Positions 39,996 through 48,356 of a DNA stretch of 64,000 bases are shown in pieces. Numbering within the stretch: the stretch's first letter is position 1; each line of letters starts with the position of its first letter. The stretch is from an uncultured Gammaproteobacteria bacterium (GTDB taxonomy: Bacteria; Patescibacteriota; Microgenomatia; Levybacterales; UBA12049). The stretch covers positions 27,196 through 91,195 of the forward strand of contig CAZOHC010000001.1 of assembly GCA_964579845.1 (NCBI GenBank). The letters are read 5' to 3'. The notes below the pieces were generated by a model, which saw only the letters and a program-made list of their open reading frames with translations, was not told where the DNA came from and made no database searches. The translations under genes were made by a program, and so were the position numbers.

Positions 39996-40012
39996 CTAGT
40001 ACTTCTCTCGTG

Positions 40013-40086
40013 TACCAGGGGTGGGGCACGATCCCACGACCTCAGCGTTATGAATGCTGTGCTCTAACCAGCTGAGCTACCCTGGC
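40013..40086 (-). tRNA. tRNA-Met(CAT), probably the elongator
   Basis: Cloverleaf GCCAGGG...CAGCA TTCATAA CGCTG...GTGGG ATCGTGC CCCAC CCCTGGT A; CCA not encoded. Confidence 0.85.
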
Positions 40087-40147
40087 TTACCATTGACTCA
40101 AGTGAGTTTGAAATCCCGCTTTTAGCTTCCAAAGTATACCAAATTGT

Positions 40148-40176
40148 TTGACCGTGAAGCAAATAACCTGTATAAT
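40148..40176 (+). promoter_or_regulatory. sigma70 promoter of the initiator-type tRNA
   Basis: TTGACC-17-TATAAT. Confidence 0.7.
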
Positions 40177-40186
40177 CTCCTTTACG

Positions 40187-40254
40187 CGCGGGGTAGTGTA
40201 AGGCGCACGCGAGGCTCATAATCTTGCAGTCTGGTTTCGATACCAGCCCCGCAA
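40187..40254 (+). tRNA. Initiator-type tRNA-fMet(CAT), atypical
   Basis: CGCGGGG/CCCCGCA acceptor stem with a C1:A72 mismatch, CTCATAA loop, TTCGA; short D arm. Confidence 0.8.
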
Positions 40255-40286
40255 CACAGAGGAATGAGGAGGATTTTATATCCTCC

Positions 40287-40817
40287 TCATTTTCTATATA
40301 ACCTGAGGTTACCATTCTTTTGCACAACCTTCCAGTGAGGGAAAGAGAATGTGTTCAAAATAACCCATGTACCAGGTGTTACCTCGTTCTCCAATTTTTT
40401 CTCAAGACGACGCATCATATACGGTATACCGTAGATGATGAGGATGTCATACTTTGAAAAATCTTCACGCCAGAAGTCCCGCCAGTACACGCTTGCTTTG
40501 TTCTCTACACCGGCTTGCTTGATACGAAATCTGGAATAGATAACCAAGAGCGGGTTAACTTCGTAGCCATGAACTTCAATGCCTTGCCTCGCCAGTGCGA
40601 GCAATATCTTTCCATCACCTGAGCCCAGATCAACCGCTTTCTTCCCTGTGTGGTCCCCGATCATCTCCAGCAGATTTGCAACTGTTTTATCATCGGTTGC
40701 GACATACGGTGCACCACGAGAAGCGATGTAGACGAGAAATAGAAGAACGAGAACTTCAACCAGGAGAAAAAGTGTCAATATAACCAAAAGAACAATGTGT
40801 GCAACTGATAATTCCAT
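40287..40817 (-). CDS. Membrane-anchored class I SAM-dependent methyltransferase
   Basis: TM, GAPYVAT, VDLGSGDG, GYEVNP. Confidence 0.85.
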   Translation of the reverse strand: MELSVAHIVLLVILTLFLLVEVLVLLFLVYIASRGAPYVATDDKTVANLLEMIGDHTGKKAVDLGSGDGKILLALARQGIEVHGYEVNPLLVIYSRFRIKQAGVENKASVYWRDFWREDFSKYDILIIYGIPYMMRRLEKKLENEVTPGTWVILNTFSFPHWKVVQKNGNLRLYRK

Positions 40818-41158
40818 TACATAAAGAGCTTATACCACTGCAGCCACACAGGATCAGGCGGAGCAATTTCCTGCTGCGTTTCCTCTTCTTGACCACCAGA
40901 TGCAGGCAGAACGATGACCTGCTCCCCCGGCTTGACCAAGAAGAGACTGTTTCGAGCTTCCTGCTCGAGGTATGCAGGGTGCTCTACCTTCTCTAATTGC
41001 TGCTGTAACATACGTTGTTCCTGCTTTTCCCTCGCCAATTCTTTTCGAGCTGTAACGACTAAATCCTGTTTCTGCCATAAACGGTGGATTGAGTGATAGA
41101 AGTTATTAATGATAAACAGAAAGAGGATGATACTGATAAAAAAGGTTATTTTTTTCAT
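40817..41158 (-). CDS. FtsB/DivIC septum formation initiator family protein
   Basis: TM, coiled coil, YLEQEARNSLFLVKPGE. Confidence 0.8.
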   Translation of the reverse strand: MKKITFFISIILFLFIINNFYHSIHRLWQKQDLVVTARKELAREKQEQRMLQQQLEKVEHPAYLEQEARNSLFLVKPGEQVIVLPASGGQEEETQQEIAPPDPVWLQWYKLFM

Positions 41159-41241
41159 GTTATGGCATTAAAAGTGACTTTTCCCCCTATTTTGTGCTTG
41201 ACTAATGCTTTTTTTCTTGATATTATGGGATATACTAATCT

Positions 41242-42102
41242 ATGGACGCTGTAAAAGTGCGCGAAGCACATCAAAAATTTACTGACTTTTTAAAAGGAAA
41301 GAAGCACTCTAATGCTACTATTTTAGCATACGGGAAAGATATCGATCAGCTCGCCTCTTTCCTCGAAGAGTTGGACAAACACCATATCCACGAAGTAGAA
41401 AAAGGTGATATTGAGGCATTTTTAGCAAAAATGTCTGACAAAGGCTACACCCCGAAATCAATTTCCCGCAAACTCAACTCAACCAGGACATTTTACCGAT
41501 TCCTTAAAGTCAATGAAATCATAACAGACGATCCATCACTGCTTGTTTCACACCCACGCTATGAGCTTGCTCCTCCCCGTATTCTGAAACCGACTGAGTA
41601 TCGGGCACTTCGCGATGCTGCTCGTAATGATGCCCGCATGTACGCAATTATCGAGATTCTGTTGCAGACAGGCATCCGAATCGGAGAGCTTGCCGCACTC
41701 AGAATGGAAGATATTCAAGGTGACACGCTCCGTATCAGGCCGATGGAAAAACATGAAGAGCGGGTTGTTCCTCTTAATCGGCCGGCGAAAGATGCGTTAA
41801 ATCGCTACCTGGCACAACGCCCGCAGGTGGAAGATACACATGTTTTTATCACTAAATCAGGCAAACCGTTCCTCGTCCGAAATATCAGAACCGCGATCGA
41901 GCGATATTTCCGTCTCGCCGGTATCGAAGGTGCAAAAGTAAATGACCTTCGCCACACTTTCGTTGCACACCACATCAAACACGGTGTTTCACTGGTCCTT
42001 CTCTCAAAAGTACTGGGACATAAGAGAATCTCAACGACAGAACGATACCTTGAATACGTCAAAGAGCGCGCGAAAGACACAACACAGCTTTCAGAATTAT
42101 AA
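41242..42102 (+). CDS. XerC/D-like tyrosine recombinase
   Basis: TILAY, SISRKL, TGIRIGE, NDLRHTF, LGH, TTERY. Confidence 0.88.
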   Translation: MDAVKVREAHQKFTDFLKGKKHSNATILAYGKDIDQLASFLEELDKHHIHEVEKGDIEAFLAKMSDKGYTPKSISRKLNSTRTFYRFLKVNEIITDDPSLLVSHPRYELAPPRILKPTEYRALRDAARNDARMYAIIEILLQTGIRIGELAALRMEDIQGDTLRIRPMEKHEERVVPLNRPAKDALNRYLAQRPQVEDTHVFITKSGKPFLVRNIRTAIERYFRLAGIEGAKVNDLRHTFVAHHIKHGVSLVLLSKVLGHKRISTTERYLEYVKERAKDTTQLSEL

Positions 42103-42108
42103 CAATCT

Positions 42109-42507
42109 ATGAGCCACGAACGAAGCGACAGACGACACGAAGAACTCCCCCAAAAGACTAATGCGCTCTTCAACCCTGGTTCTGTCTATGAAGGCATCGC
42201 ACCGGTTGTAGATATCTTAACAAGAAATCTTGCTGAACCGAAGTCATATTCTGAGGTATTTGACTTAATGAGAAAAAATGCTCCGGATCTGGATTATACC
42301 TACGGAATCCAGGTGGCACGAGATCACGGTATAATCAATGAACGATCAGTCGACAATAAGCTCGTTAATGGCCCACGTTTTACCAGACAACTCCTATTAC
42401 CGGGGTTTGATACAGAAGAACTCCAGAGGGAGCGGAGAGAGAACATGGTTCCCTTCACCAAAGAAGCGGTTGTTTTTCGTGATCCTACTCTAAAATCAGA
42501 CGAGTAA
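42109..42507 (+). CDS. Hypothetical protein
   Basis: 132-aa ORF 6 nt downstream of the recombinase. Confidence 0.5.
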   Translation: MSHERSDRRHEELPQKTNALFNPGSVYEGIAPVVDILTRNLAEPKSYSEVFDLMRKNAPDLDYTYGIQVARDHGIINERSVDNKLVNGPRFTRQLLLPGFDTEELQRERRENMVPFTKEAVVFRDPTLKSDE

Positions 42508-43210
42508 ATCCTTCAGCGTACATGCATCCGGCATGTTTGCCAAAGACCTCAGCGCGACGACGAACTCTATCCTTTGTCTCCTCACTATCTGAAACCTGAC
42601 TGACGTGCGCTGCAATTGCCTGCCATTTCTTTTCAAACTGTTCGGAGATATCAATTACATGGTTCGGATTTTCAAACGCGACCATCCAAAGTTCTTTGAC
42701 ATGATGCGGTGAAAGTCCTGCTGCTTCATGCTCAGGATAGGTCAACCGGTCACGGGCGTACGGAAAACACGCATCCATGACAGCCTGACCACAAGCCCTA
42801 TGATCTGAGTGATTGACAAAGCTCCCTTTTCCCCACGGAGACTGTGTAATATATACAGTCGTCGGATCCCATGAGATTACAATGTCAGGCTTTATTTTCC
42901 TGATGATCTCGACAATCTCTTCGCGTACTTCCTGATTACAATCAAGCTGCGTATCCTTATGATCGAGAAAGAAGACATCTTTCAGGCCGAGGAGCTTTCC
43001 GGCATCGATCTGCTCCTGCCGTCTGATTGCCGCGAGTTGTTCGTGTGTCATCGATGGGTCTTCCGAACCACGTGAACCGTCAGTACAGATGAGATAGTAA
43101 CAATCATGCCCTTCTTCAGCGAATTTTGCAACAGTTCCTGAGGAAGTAAAATCCATATCATCAGCATGAGCTCCGACAGCCAGGATCACTTTTTTATCGT
43201 GCGTGTCCAT
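42485..43210 (-). CDS. PIG-L/LmbE family deacetylase
   Basis: AHADD, TDGSRG, RRQEQ, NHSDH, AHVSQ. Confidence 0.88.
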   Translation of the reverse strand: MDTHDKKVILAVGAHADDMDFTSSGTVAKFAEEGHDCYYLICTDGSRGSEDPSMTHEQLAAIRRQEQIDAGKLLGLKDVFFLDHKDTQLDCNQEVREEIVEIIRKIKPDIVISWDPTTVYITQSPWGKGSFVNHSDHRACGQAVMDACFPYARDRLTYPEHEAAGLSPHHVKELWMVAFENPNHVIDISEQFEKKWQAIAAHVSQVSDSEETKDRVRRRAEVFGKHAGCMYAEGFTRLILE

Positions 43211-43264
43211 AATGATGAGATTATACCATACAAACCAACAGGAGAACTACTACAGGCTTGGAGG

Positions 43265-43468
43265 TGGGAGTACTTGGGATCCCTGGCCGCACTCGGCGAC
43301 GACGAAAGCACTGCAGACGGGGAACCAAGGACCACTTCGTTACCTGCCTTGCTTTACTTGTGCGTCCGCTTGGGATCGAACCAAGGACCACTACTTTATA
43401 AGAATAGCGCTCTACCACTGAGCTACGGACGCAACGAATATGCAGGCTGGGTACTGAGCCACACACCC
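43265..43468 (-). pseudogene. Split tRNA-like remnant (5' piece 43468-43453, 3' piece about 43342-43265 with a 40-nt T-loop insertion) enclosing tRNA-Ile(TAT)
   Basis: GGGTGTGTGGCTCAGT...TAACGAAGTGGTCCTTGGTTC[40 nt]GATCCCAAGTACTCCCA. Confidence 0.5.
43361..43432 (-). tRNA. tRNA-Ile(TAT)
   Basis: GCGTCCG TA GCTC AGTGGTA GAGC G CTATT CTTATAA AGTAG TGGTC CTTGG TTCGATC CCAAG CGGACGC A. Confidence 0.88.
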
Positions 43469-43515
43469 GATGTAGGTAATTTTAACAAAGCGAGCCTCAA
43501 GAAGACAAGGGAGAC

Positions 43516-45882
43516 TTATAATCGGGATCGCTGAGCAATCTCTGCTTCAACTGTCTGGACAGAGCGACCGTATTTGAGTCGTGAAAGCTCTTTTATAAGC
43601 TCAGCAACCCTCGGATTCATGAGGGCTTTTTCTTTTGAGATATCTTTGGTCGTATCAAGTGAGAATGGCGGCACAGGTTCACCGTTGACAAGCGTCCGCA
43701 TGTAGCAGTTAAAGCGATCGATATTAATCAAATCAGCTTCACCGAATGTCGGCTGGAACTCATGCTGCAGATAATTAGCATCAGTAACACCAACTCTGAA
43801 AGAAGCAATCGTACCGACATTACCGAAAATAGCATTCTTCACTTCCTCTTCCATCTGTCCGACAAACTGGTTCGCAACGATCAGGCTCAAACGATATTTC
43901 CTCGCTTCTGAGAGAATTTGTGCAAAGTCAGGCGTTGCGAAGTTTTGGAACTCGTCAACATACAGGAAAAAATCCCGTCGTTGATCCTGCGGCATATCCT
44001 GTCTGCTCATCGCTGAGATTAAGATCTTCGGAACCAGAATTAATCCCAAAAAACTCGAATTTTCCTCACCGATTTTACCCTTGGAAAGGTTTACCAGCAG
44101 AATTTTCCCGGTATCCATTACCTCACGGAAGTTAAACGCATTATCAGATTGCCCGATAATATTTCTGATCATTTTATTGGTCACAAACCGACCGAATTTG
44201 GAGACGATATAGTCAAGCGTCTCTGATTTATGGAAGTCAGACGTATTTGCGATCTGATCAGTCCAGTACCGCCTGATAACCGGGTCCTCAACTTTCGGCA
44301 ACAACTCCTGCACAAAACTCTGATCCGTAAGCGCCCGGACTACCTCCATAAAGGTTGCTCCCGGCTCATACATACAGGTCAACATCGCATTTCTGATTGC
44401 ATGCTCAAACCGAGGCCCGATAATTCCTGTCTTGTTCGGGTCAAAGAGCTTGTACATAAGGCCGATGACTGAGGAGACCATCAGATGCTTCTGCTGCTCG
44501 GTTTTCCCTTCAAGTAAATTAAATCCCATGGGACGCTCCGTATCCCCCGGATCAAACAAGATAACGTCTTCTGCGCGGTGTGGCGGCACCATCTGTAGGA
44601 TATCTTCGATCAAGTCCCCGTGCGGATCGACAACAGCCAATCCTTCGCCGTTGTTAATATCCTGCATGATCATCTGCTTTAAAAACTCTGACTTACCGGT
44701 ACCGGTTTTTCCGATGATATAGGTATGACGCATTCTGTCTTCCCGGCCGACATACACAGGCTTGGAGATGCCACGAAACGTACTCTTTCCCAGATACAGT
44801 CCTTCGGTCGGAATATTAGCAGGAGCAGGCGCACGCTTCGAGTTGACCCAGTGGATACCCGGTGTTGTGACTGATTTATTCGGAAAGTGGAAAAAGGTTG
44901 CGAGTTCTTCCGTATTCAGAATTGAGGTGTGCCCCCAGAGCGGAAAGTACCGATAAATAAAATCCTGCATGAAAAGCCCTTTCATGCGAATCTTCGATTT
45001 CGTGAACGAATTCTGGCCGCTGTACTGTTCCAACGAATGAACGATATTATCAAGGTGTGCACTTGCTGCTTCTTTGGTGCTTGAGGAGACGACGACCCGT
45101 ACTGTGGTCAAAAACCCCGGCTTACCCACTTTTGTCTCAATCCCCTCCAGCTCTTTCGAGTCAGCTGAATATTTGGCGGTTTCCGGGTTTGCTTCATTTT
45201 TTTTGGTTTTGGCGATATAGTCTTTCCCGGCTTTCTTCCAGTCAGAACCGGCAGGACTGATCATCAGTTGGATAGCAGCGCCTTCTCCCGGTCCCATTTT
45301 GGCAAGAATTGAGGTGAGTGAGGACAGCGGATCAACCGGCAGATCTTTAAAGACTTTGAGCGGTTTGTAATCAGCGTCTTTTAAGCGCAGACTCGCAAAA
45401 GCAACCTTCCCATCCTCTGAAAAGATGTTATACTCGCCGCCTACTAACGCATCTGAACGCTGTTTTGCTGCAGGATCGGTTATCTCGACAACTTCAGCCT
45501 CAGGATAGGCACCGTTTATCTGTTTTTCGACAAAGTCACGCAGTTTTTTCGGGACATGGATATAGAATCTGATATCGCCGGGCTGTCCGACCATCTCAAA
45601 GGTGAGGTGAGGTGCCCGCTTCATCTGATACCACTTCGGCTGCTTTCCGATCGATGCGAGCGAGGAAAATAACTGTTCTGCAGCATCTATCTTTACTTCA
45701 TTATCACGAGGAAGGGCAACCTGCAGTAACGATGATTCCAGTGAGTCCTGTTCTCTTTTTTTATTTCGAAGCCACAGCCGAAGCGCTAAGAAGCCGACAA
45801 ATCCCAGTCCGGCAAATACTCCGATCGCCAGCAGACTTATGATGAGGGTGAGCATTAATTGATTGATTGTATCTAGGTCCAT
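43516..45882 (-). CDS. VirD4/TraD-like coupling ATPase with an N-terminal TM
   Basis: RHTYIIGKTGTGKS, VDPHGDL, LVNLSKG, LYVDEFQNF, SEARKY, ANQ. Confidence 0.85.
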   Translation of the reverse strand: MDLDTINQLMLTLIISLLAIGVFAGLGFVGFLALRLWLRNKKREQDSLESSLLQVALPRDNEVKIDAAEQLFSSLASIGKQPKWYQMKRAPHLTFEMVGQPGDIRFYIHVPKKLRDFVEKQINGAYPEAEVVEITDPAAKQRSDALVGGEYNIFSEDGKVAFASLRLKDADYKPLKVFKDLPVDPLSSLTSILAKMGPGEGAAIQLMISPAGSDWKKAGKDYIAKTKKNEANPETAKYSADSKELEGIETKVGKPGFLTTVRVVVSSSTKEAASAHLDNIVHSLEQYSGQNSFTKSKIRMKGLFMQDFIYRYFPLWGHTSILNTEELATFFHFPNKSVTTPGIHWVNSKRAPAPANIPTEGLYLGKSTFRGISKPVYVGREDRMRHTYIIGKTGTGKSEFLKQMIMQDINNGEGLAVVDPHGDLIEDILQMVPPHRAEDVILFDPGDTERPMGFNLLEGKTEQQKHLMVSSVIGLMYKLFDPNKTGIIGPRFEHAIRNAMLTCMYEPGATFMEVVRALTDQSFVQELLPKVEDPVIRRYWTDQIANTSDFHKSETLDYIVSKFGRFVTNKMIRNIIGQSDNAFNFREVMDTGKILLVNLSKGKIGEENSSFLGLILVPKILISAMSRQDMPQDQRRDFFLYVDEFQNFATPDFAQILSEARKYRLSLIVANQFVGQMEEEVKNAIFGNVGTIASFRVGVTDANYLQHEFQPTFGEADLINIDRFNCYMRTLVNGEPVPPFSLDTTKDISKEKALMNPRVAELIKELSRLKYGRSVQTVEAEIAQRSRL

Positions 45883-45890
45883 GATCCTCC

Positions 45891-46370
45891 TTAGATGACC
45901 TTTTCCATGCCGAATTTTTCCAGGACATACTTGGAGAGCATTGCAAGCCAGGTCTTGGAGTTACCGGGGTTACCTGAGCTTTCTTTCTTTGCCTCTTCAT
46001 AGTTCATTGCTGTCGGGAGCTGAACAGATGGTTGTGTCGGTTCGAGCGTCGTCTGCGGCTCAAAAGAGACAGGAACCGCATCTTTTGCCGGCCTGACACC
46101 TGCATCTCTCGCCTCTTCAGGAATACTCGGCTGTTCGTGTGAGGGTACGACCTCAACACCTGCTTCTTTCACATCCGGCGGAAGCTCCGGTGATGCTTCT
46201 GCAGGATGAGGTGAAACATACTCACGCACCTGCCCTATCGGTCCGTGTTCTTTATTACCGATACTCACAGGGGCAACCGGTTCAGGCTGCTGCTTCGCCG
46301 TATCAGTCTGAGACTGCGTTGGTAAAGCGGTATCAACGGCAATGTTTTGTGTGGAAGTGTTGGTGTCCAT
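45891..46370 (-). CDS. Hypothetical low-complexity Pro/Glu-rich protein
   Basis: EAGV repeats, conserved-looking C-terminal SKTWLA. Confidence 0.55.
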   Translation of the reverse strand: MDTNTSTQNIAVDTALPTQSQTDTAKQQPEPVAPVSIGNKEHGPIGQVREYVSPHPAEASPELPPDVKEAGVEVVPSHEQPSIPEEARDAGVRPAKDAVPVSFEPQTTLEPTQPSVQLPTAMNYEEAKKESSGNPGNSKTWLAMLSKYVLEKFGMEKVI

Positions 46371-46449
46371 ATAGGATTATCTTAGCATGAATACGAGGGA
46401 GACACAATGAAATTAGCCTTATACCAAGCTTACAGCATGCTTATAATCG

Positions 46450-47685
46450 TCAGCACCTGACATCCCGCCGACAGGAAACATTCTGACAGTTGGTTATGAG
46501 CTGATTATACGGTCGTTTATTTTCGAATTTGCAGTGAGGACAGGAAAACGTCAGTTTCCCGTAGCGATCGGTTGCTACCCCGAATTCCATAACACTGAAA
46601 GGAACACTCATTCCGAGGTCTAGTTTACCTCCTCCTGAGAAAGCTTCCTGAGCACCTATACTGAACCCTCCTGAAAACCCACATCCTGTCGTTACCTCTC
46701 TGACAGGCAACCTTCCCCAGTAGCTGATCTGCTCGTCGATACTTTCTTCATCAGCAACCCCCCGCTGATACAGTGTTACCCATTTCCCCGTATCTCGTGT
46801 TTCCCGCTCGAGGTGATCTGCTTTATTCATAATCGTATTTAACAACGTATTTCTCTCCGTAATCGCCCATGGACGTGTGGCGAGAACATTAATATATGCC
46901 AAAAAAAGCGGCTCACATCCTTTAAGGATGTATTCATAGTCCTCACGTGACAGTGTCGTATGCTCCTTATGAAGCACGTTGTGAATATCATCAGCTGAGG
47001 TAAGTCCTGTCTGATCAGGATCAATCATGATCGGTTTACTGAGGAAGTAAGCATCAAACGGCAGATCGGTATATTCATGTTCAGCAAAATACCCGGGAGA
47101 AACTGAGGCAGCAAAGTCGATATACTCATGCCTTTCCAGTGCGGAGCTATAACGGGAAACTTCGATGACACGCTCATCGTTCTTTTCTCTGAGGGTGAAA
47201 ATGTCATAAAAATTATGTTTATACTCCGAATCTTCCCCACCAGGAGGCGAAAGCGAGATCATCCTCGTCCCGACAGGTGTTGTTTCAATCCCGAGAACTT
47301 CCTGTATCTTCGAAAACCCATCCAACTCAGCCTGTTCACGCATTCTGTCATGGTCTGACGAATTTTCATATCGATAATCCCGTCCGCGAGCAAAAACAGT
47401 CTCCAAGGGTTCATCTGAGAATGTGCTATAGATTTTCCCGCCCATGACCCTGTCTTCCCGACTGCTGATACCGGCGTTATACCGTTCACCAAGCATTGTC
47501 TTGAGATTAAAGACCGTTTCCCCATCCAGCATAGCTTTTTTCGCTGCATATTCCTCGGGTAATGTGTCCTTAAGTGCATTGAGCGCTTCGTACTTCTGTG
47601 AATCAAAATCCGGATTATATGTCAGATGACGCTCTTTTTCTGTTCGAACTTCTTTTACATATGGTCTGCTTTCTATTGTTTGCAT
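46450..47685 (-). CDS. Uncharacterised 411-aa protein with a C-terminal Zn ribbon, downstream of a cobalamin riboswitch
   Basis: Start MQTIES follows GAGGAG-T7; GCG motif and CPHC...CQNVSC...C tail. Confidence 0.75.
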   Translation of the reverse strand: MQTIESRPYVKEVRTEKERHLTYNPDFDSQKYEALNALKDTLPEEYAAKKAMLDGETVFNLKTMLGERYNAGISSREDRVMGGKIYSTFSDEPLETVFARGRDYRYENSSDHDRMREQAELDGFSKIQEVLGIETTPVGTRMISLSPPGGEDSEYKHNFYDIFTLREKNDERVIEVSRYSSALERHEYIDFAASVSPGYFAEHEYTDLPFDAYFLSKPIMIDPDQTGLTSADDIHNVLHKEHTTLSREDYEYILKGCEPLFLAYINVLATRPWAITERNTLLNTIMNKADHLERETRDTGKWVTLYQRGVADEESIDEQISYWGRLPVREVTTGCGFSGGFSIGAQEAFSGGGKLDLGMSVPFSVMEFGVATDRYGKLTFSCPHCKFENKRPYNQLITNCQNVSCRRDVRC

Positions 47686-47823
47686 AAAAAAACTCCTCAC
47701 TACCGAGGAGCATGCATCATACTGCACTTCTACTCGGAAGATTTCTTGGGCTCTGACTTATCTCGCCTGCGGCGGAATCACAGTTGCGGTACAGTGCTTG
47801 AATCACACAAGCTTCACCTCTGA
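47686..47823 (-). ncRNA. Cobalamin riboswitch (downstream copy), overlapping the pduO stop
   Basis: AGGTGAA-GCTTG TGTGATT CAAGC-ACTGTACCGCAACTGTGA...AAGTCAGA core, then CTCCTC/GAGGAG-T7 hairpin. Confidence 0.78.
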
Positions 47824-48356
47824 CTTTTCCAGATTACTTCTTTTTTTTGATCATGATAATTAATCAGACGTGCACTACTGAAAAGCAGGTCAGACAGCCG
47901 ATTCAGGTATCTGAGAACATCCTCTTCTATCGGCTCTTGTTGTATCAGCAAGACAATACATCTTTCTGCCCGCCTGCATACTGTTCTGGCATGATGGAGC
48001 GCTGCGCCTCCTGTTCCGCCGCCCGGGAGGATAAAGTTTCGAAGCGCGGGAAGTTCAGCGGTTTGCGCATCGATCAGTGACTCAAACACCGAAATTCGTT
48101 CACCAATCCCCGACAGCTGTGTTGCAGATGGGTTTGAGAGATAGGATCCGATCGTGAAAAGGTCATGTTGAATCGCTGTCAGCTCTTGCAGTAACGCACT
48201 CTCACGATCGGGAAGTGTTGCGAGCACCATCCCCAGTACACTATTTAATTCATCAACCGTACCGTATGACTCTACCCGGAGATCTGATTTCAGGACGCGC
48301 TTTCCTCCCATGAGTGACGTTTTTCCCTTATCCCCTGTTCGTGTGTAGATTTTCAT
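47814..48356 (-). CDS. pduO: PduO-type cob(I)alamin adenosyltransferase
   Basis: MKIYTRTGDKG, YGTVDELNS, FILPGG, ARTVCRRAER, YLNRLSD. Confidence 0.93.
   Translation of the reverse strand: MKIYTRTGDKGKTSLMGGKRVLKSDLRVESYGTVDELNSVLGMVLATLPDRESALLQELTAIQHDLFTIGSYLSNPSATQLSGIGERISVFESLIDAQTAELPALRNFILPGGGTGGAALHHARTVCRRAERCIVLLIQQEPIEEDVLRYLNRLSDLLFSSARLINYHDQKKEVIWKSQR

Noticed and set aside
40064-40327. 87-aa ORF between the tRNA genes
   Set aside because: Overlaps both tRNA genes; spurious.
43166-43534. ORFs of 72-122 aa over the tRNA-Ile locus
   Set aside because: They overlap a tRNA and tRNA-like sequence and have no protein features.
41242-45882. Intact integrative conjugative element (integrase, tRNA and VirD4)
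   Set aside because: No relaxase, VirB genes or att pair flanking a cargo region; the duplicated tRNA piece lies only tens of bases from the tRNA.
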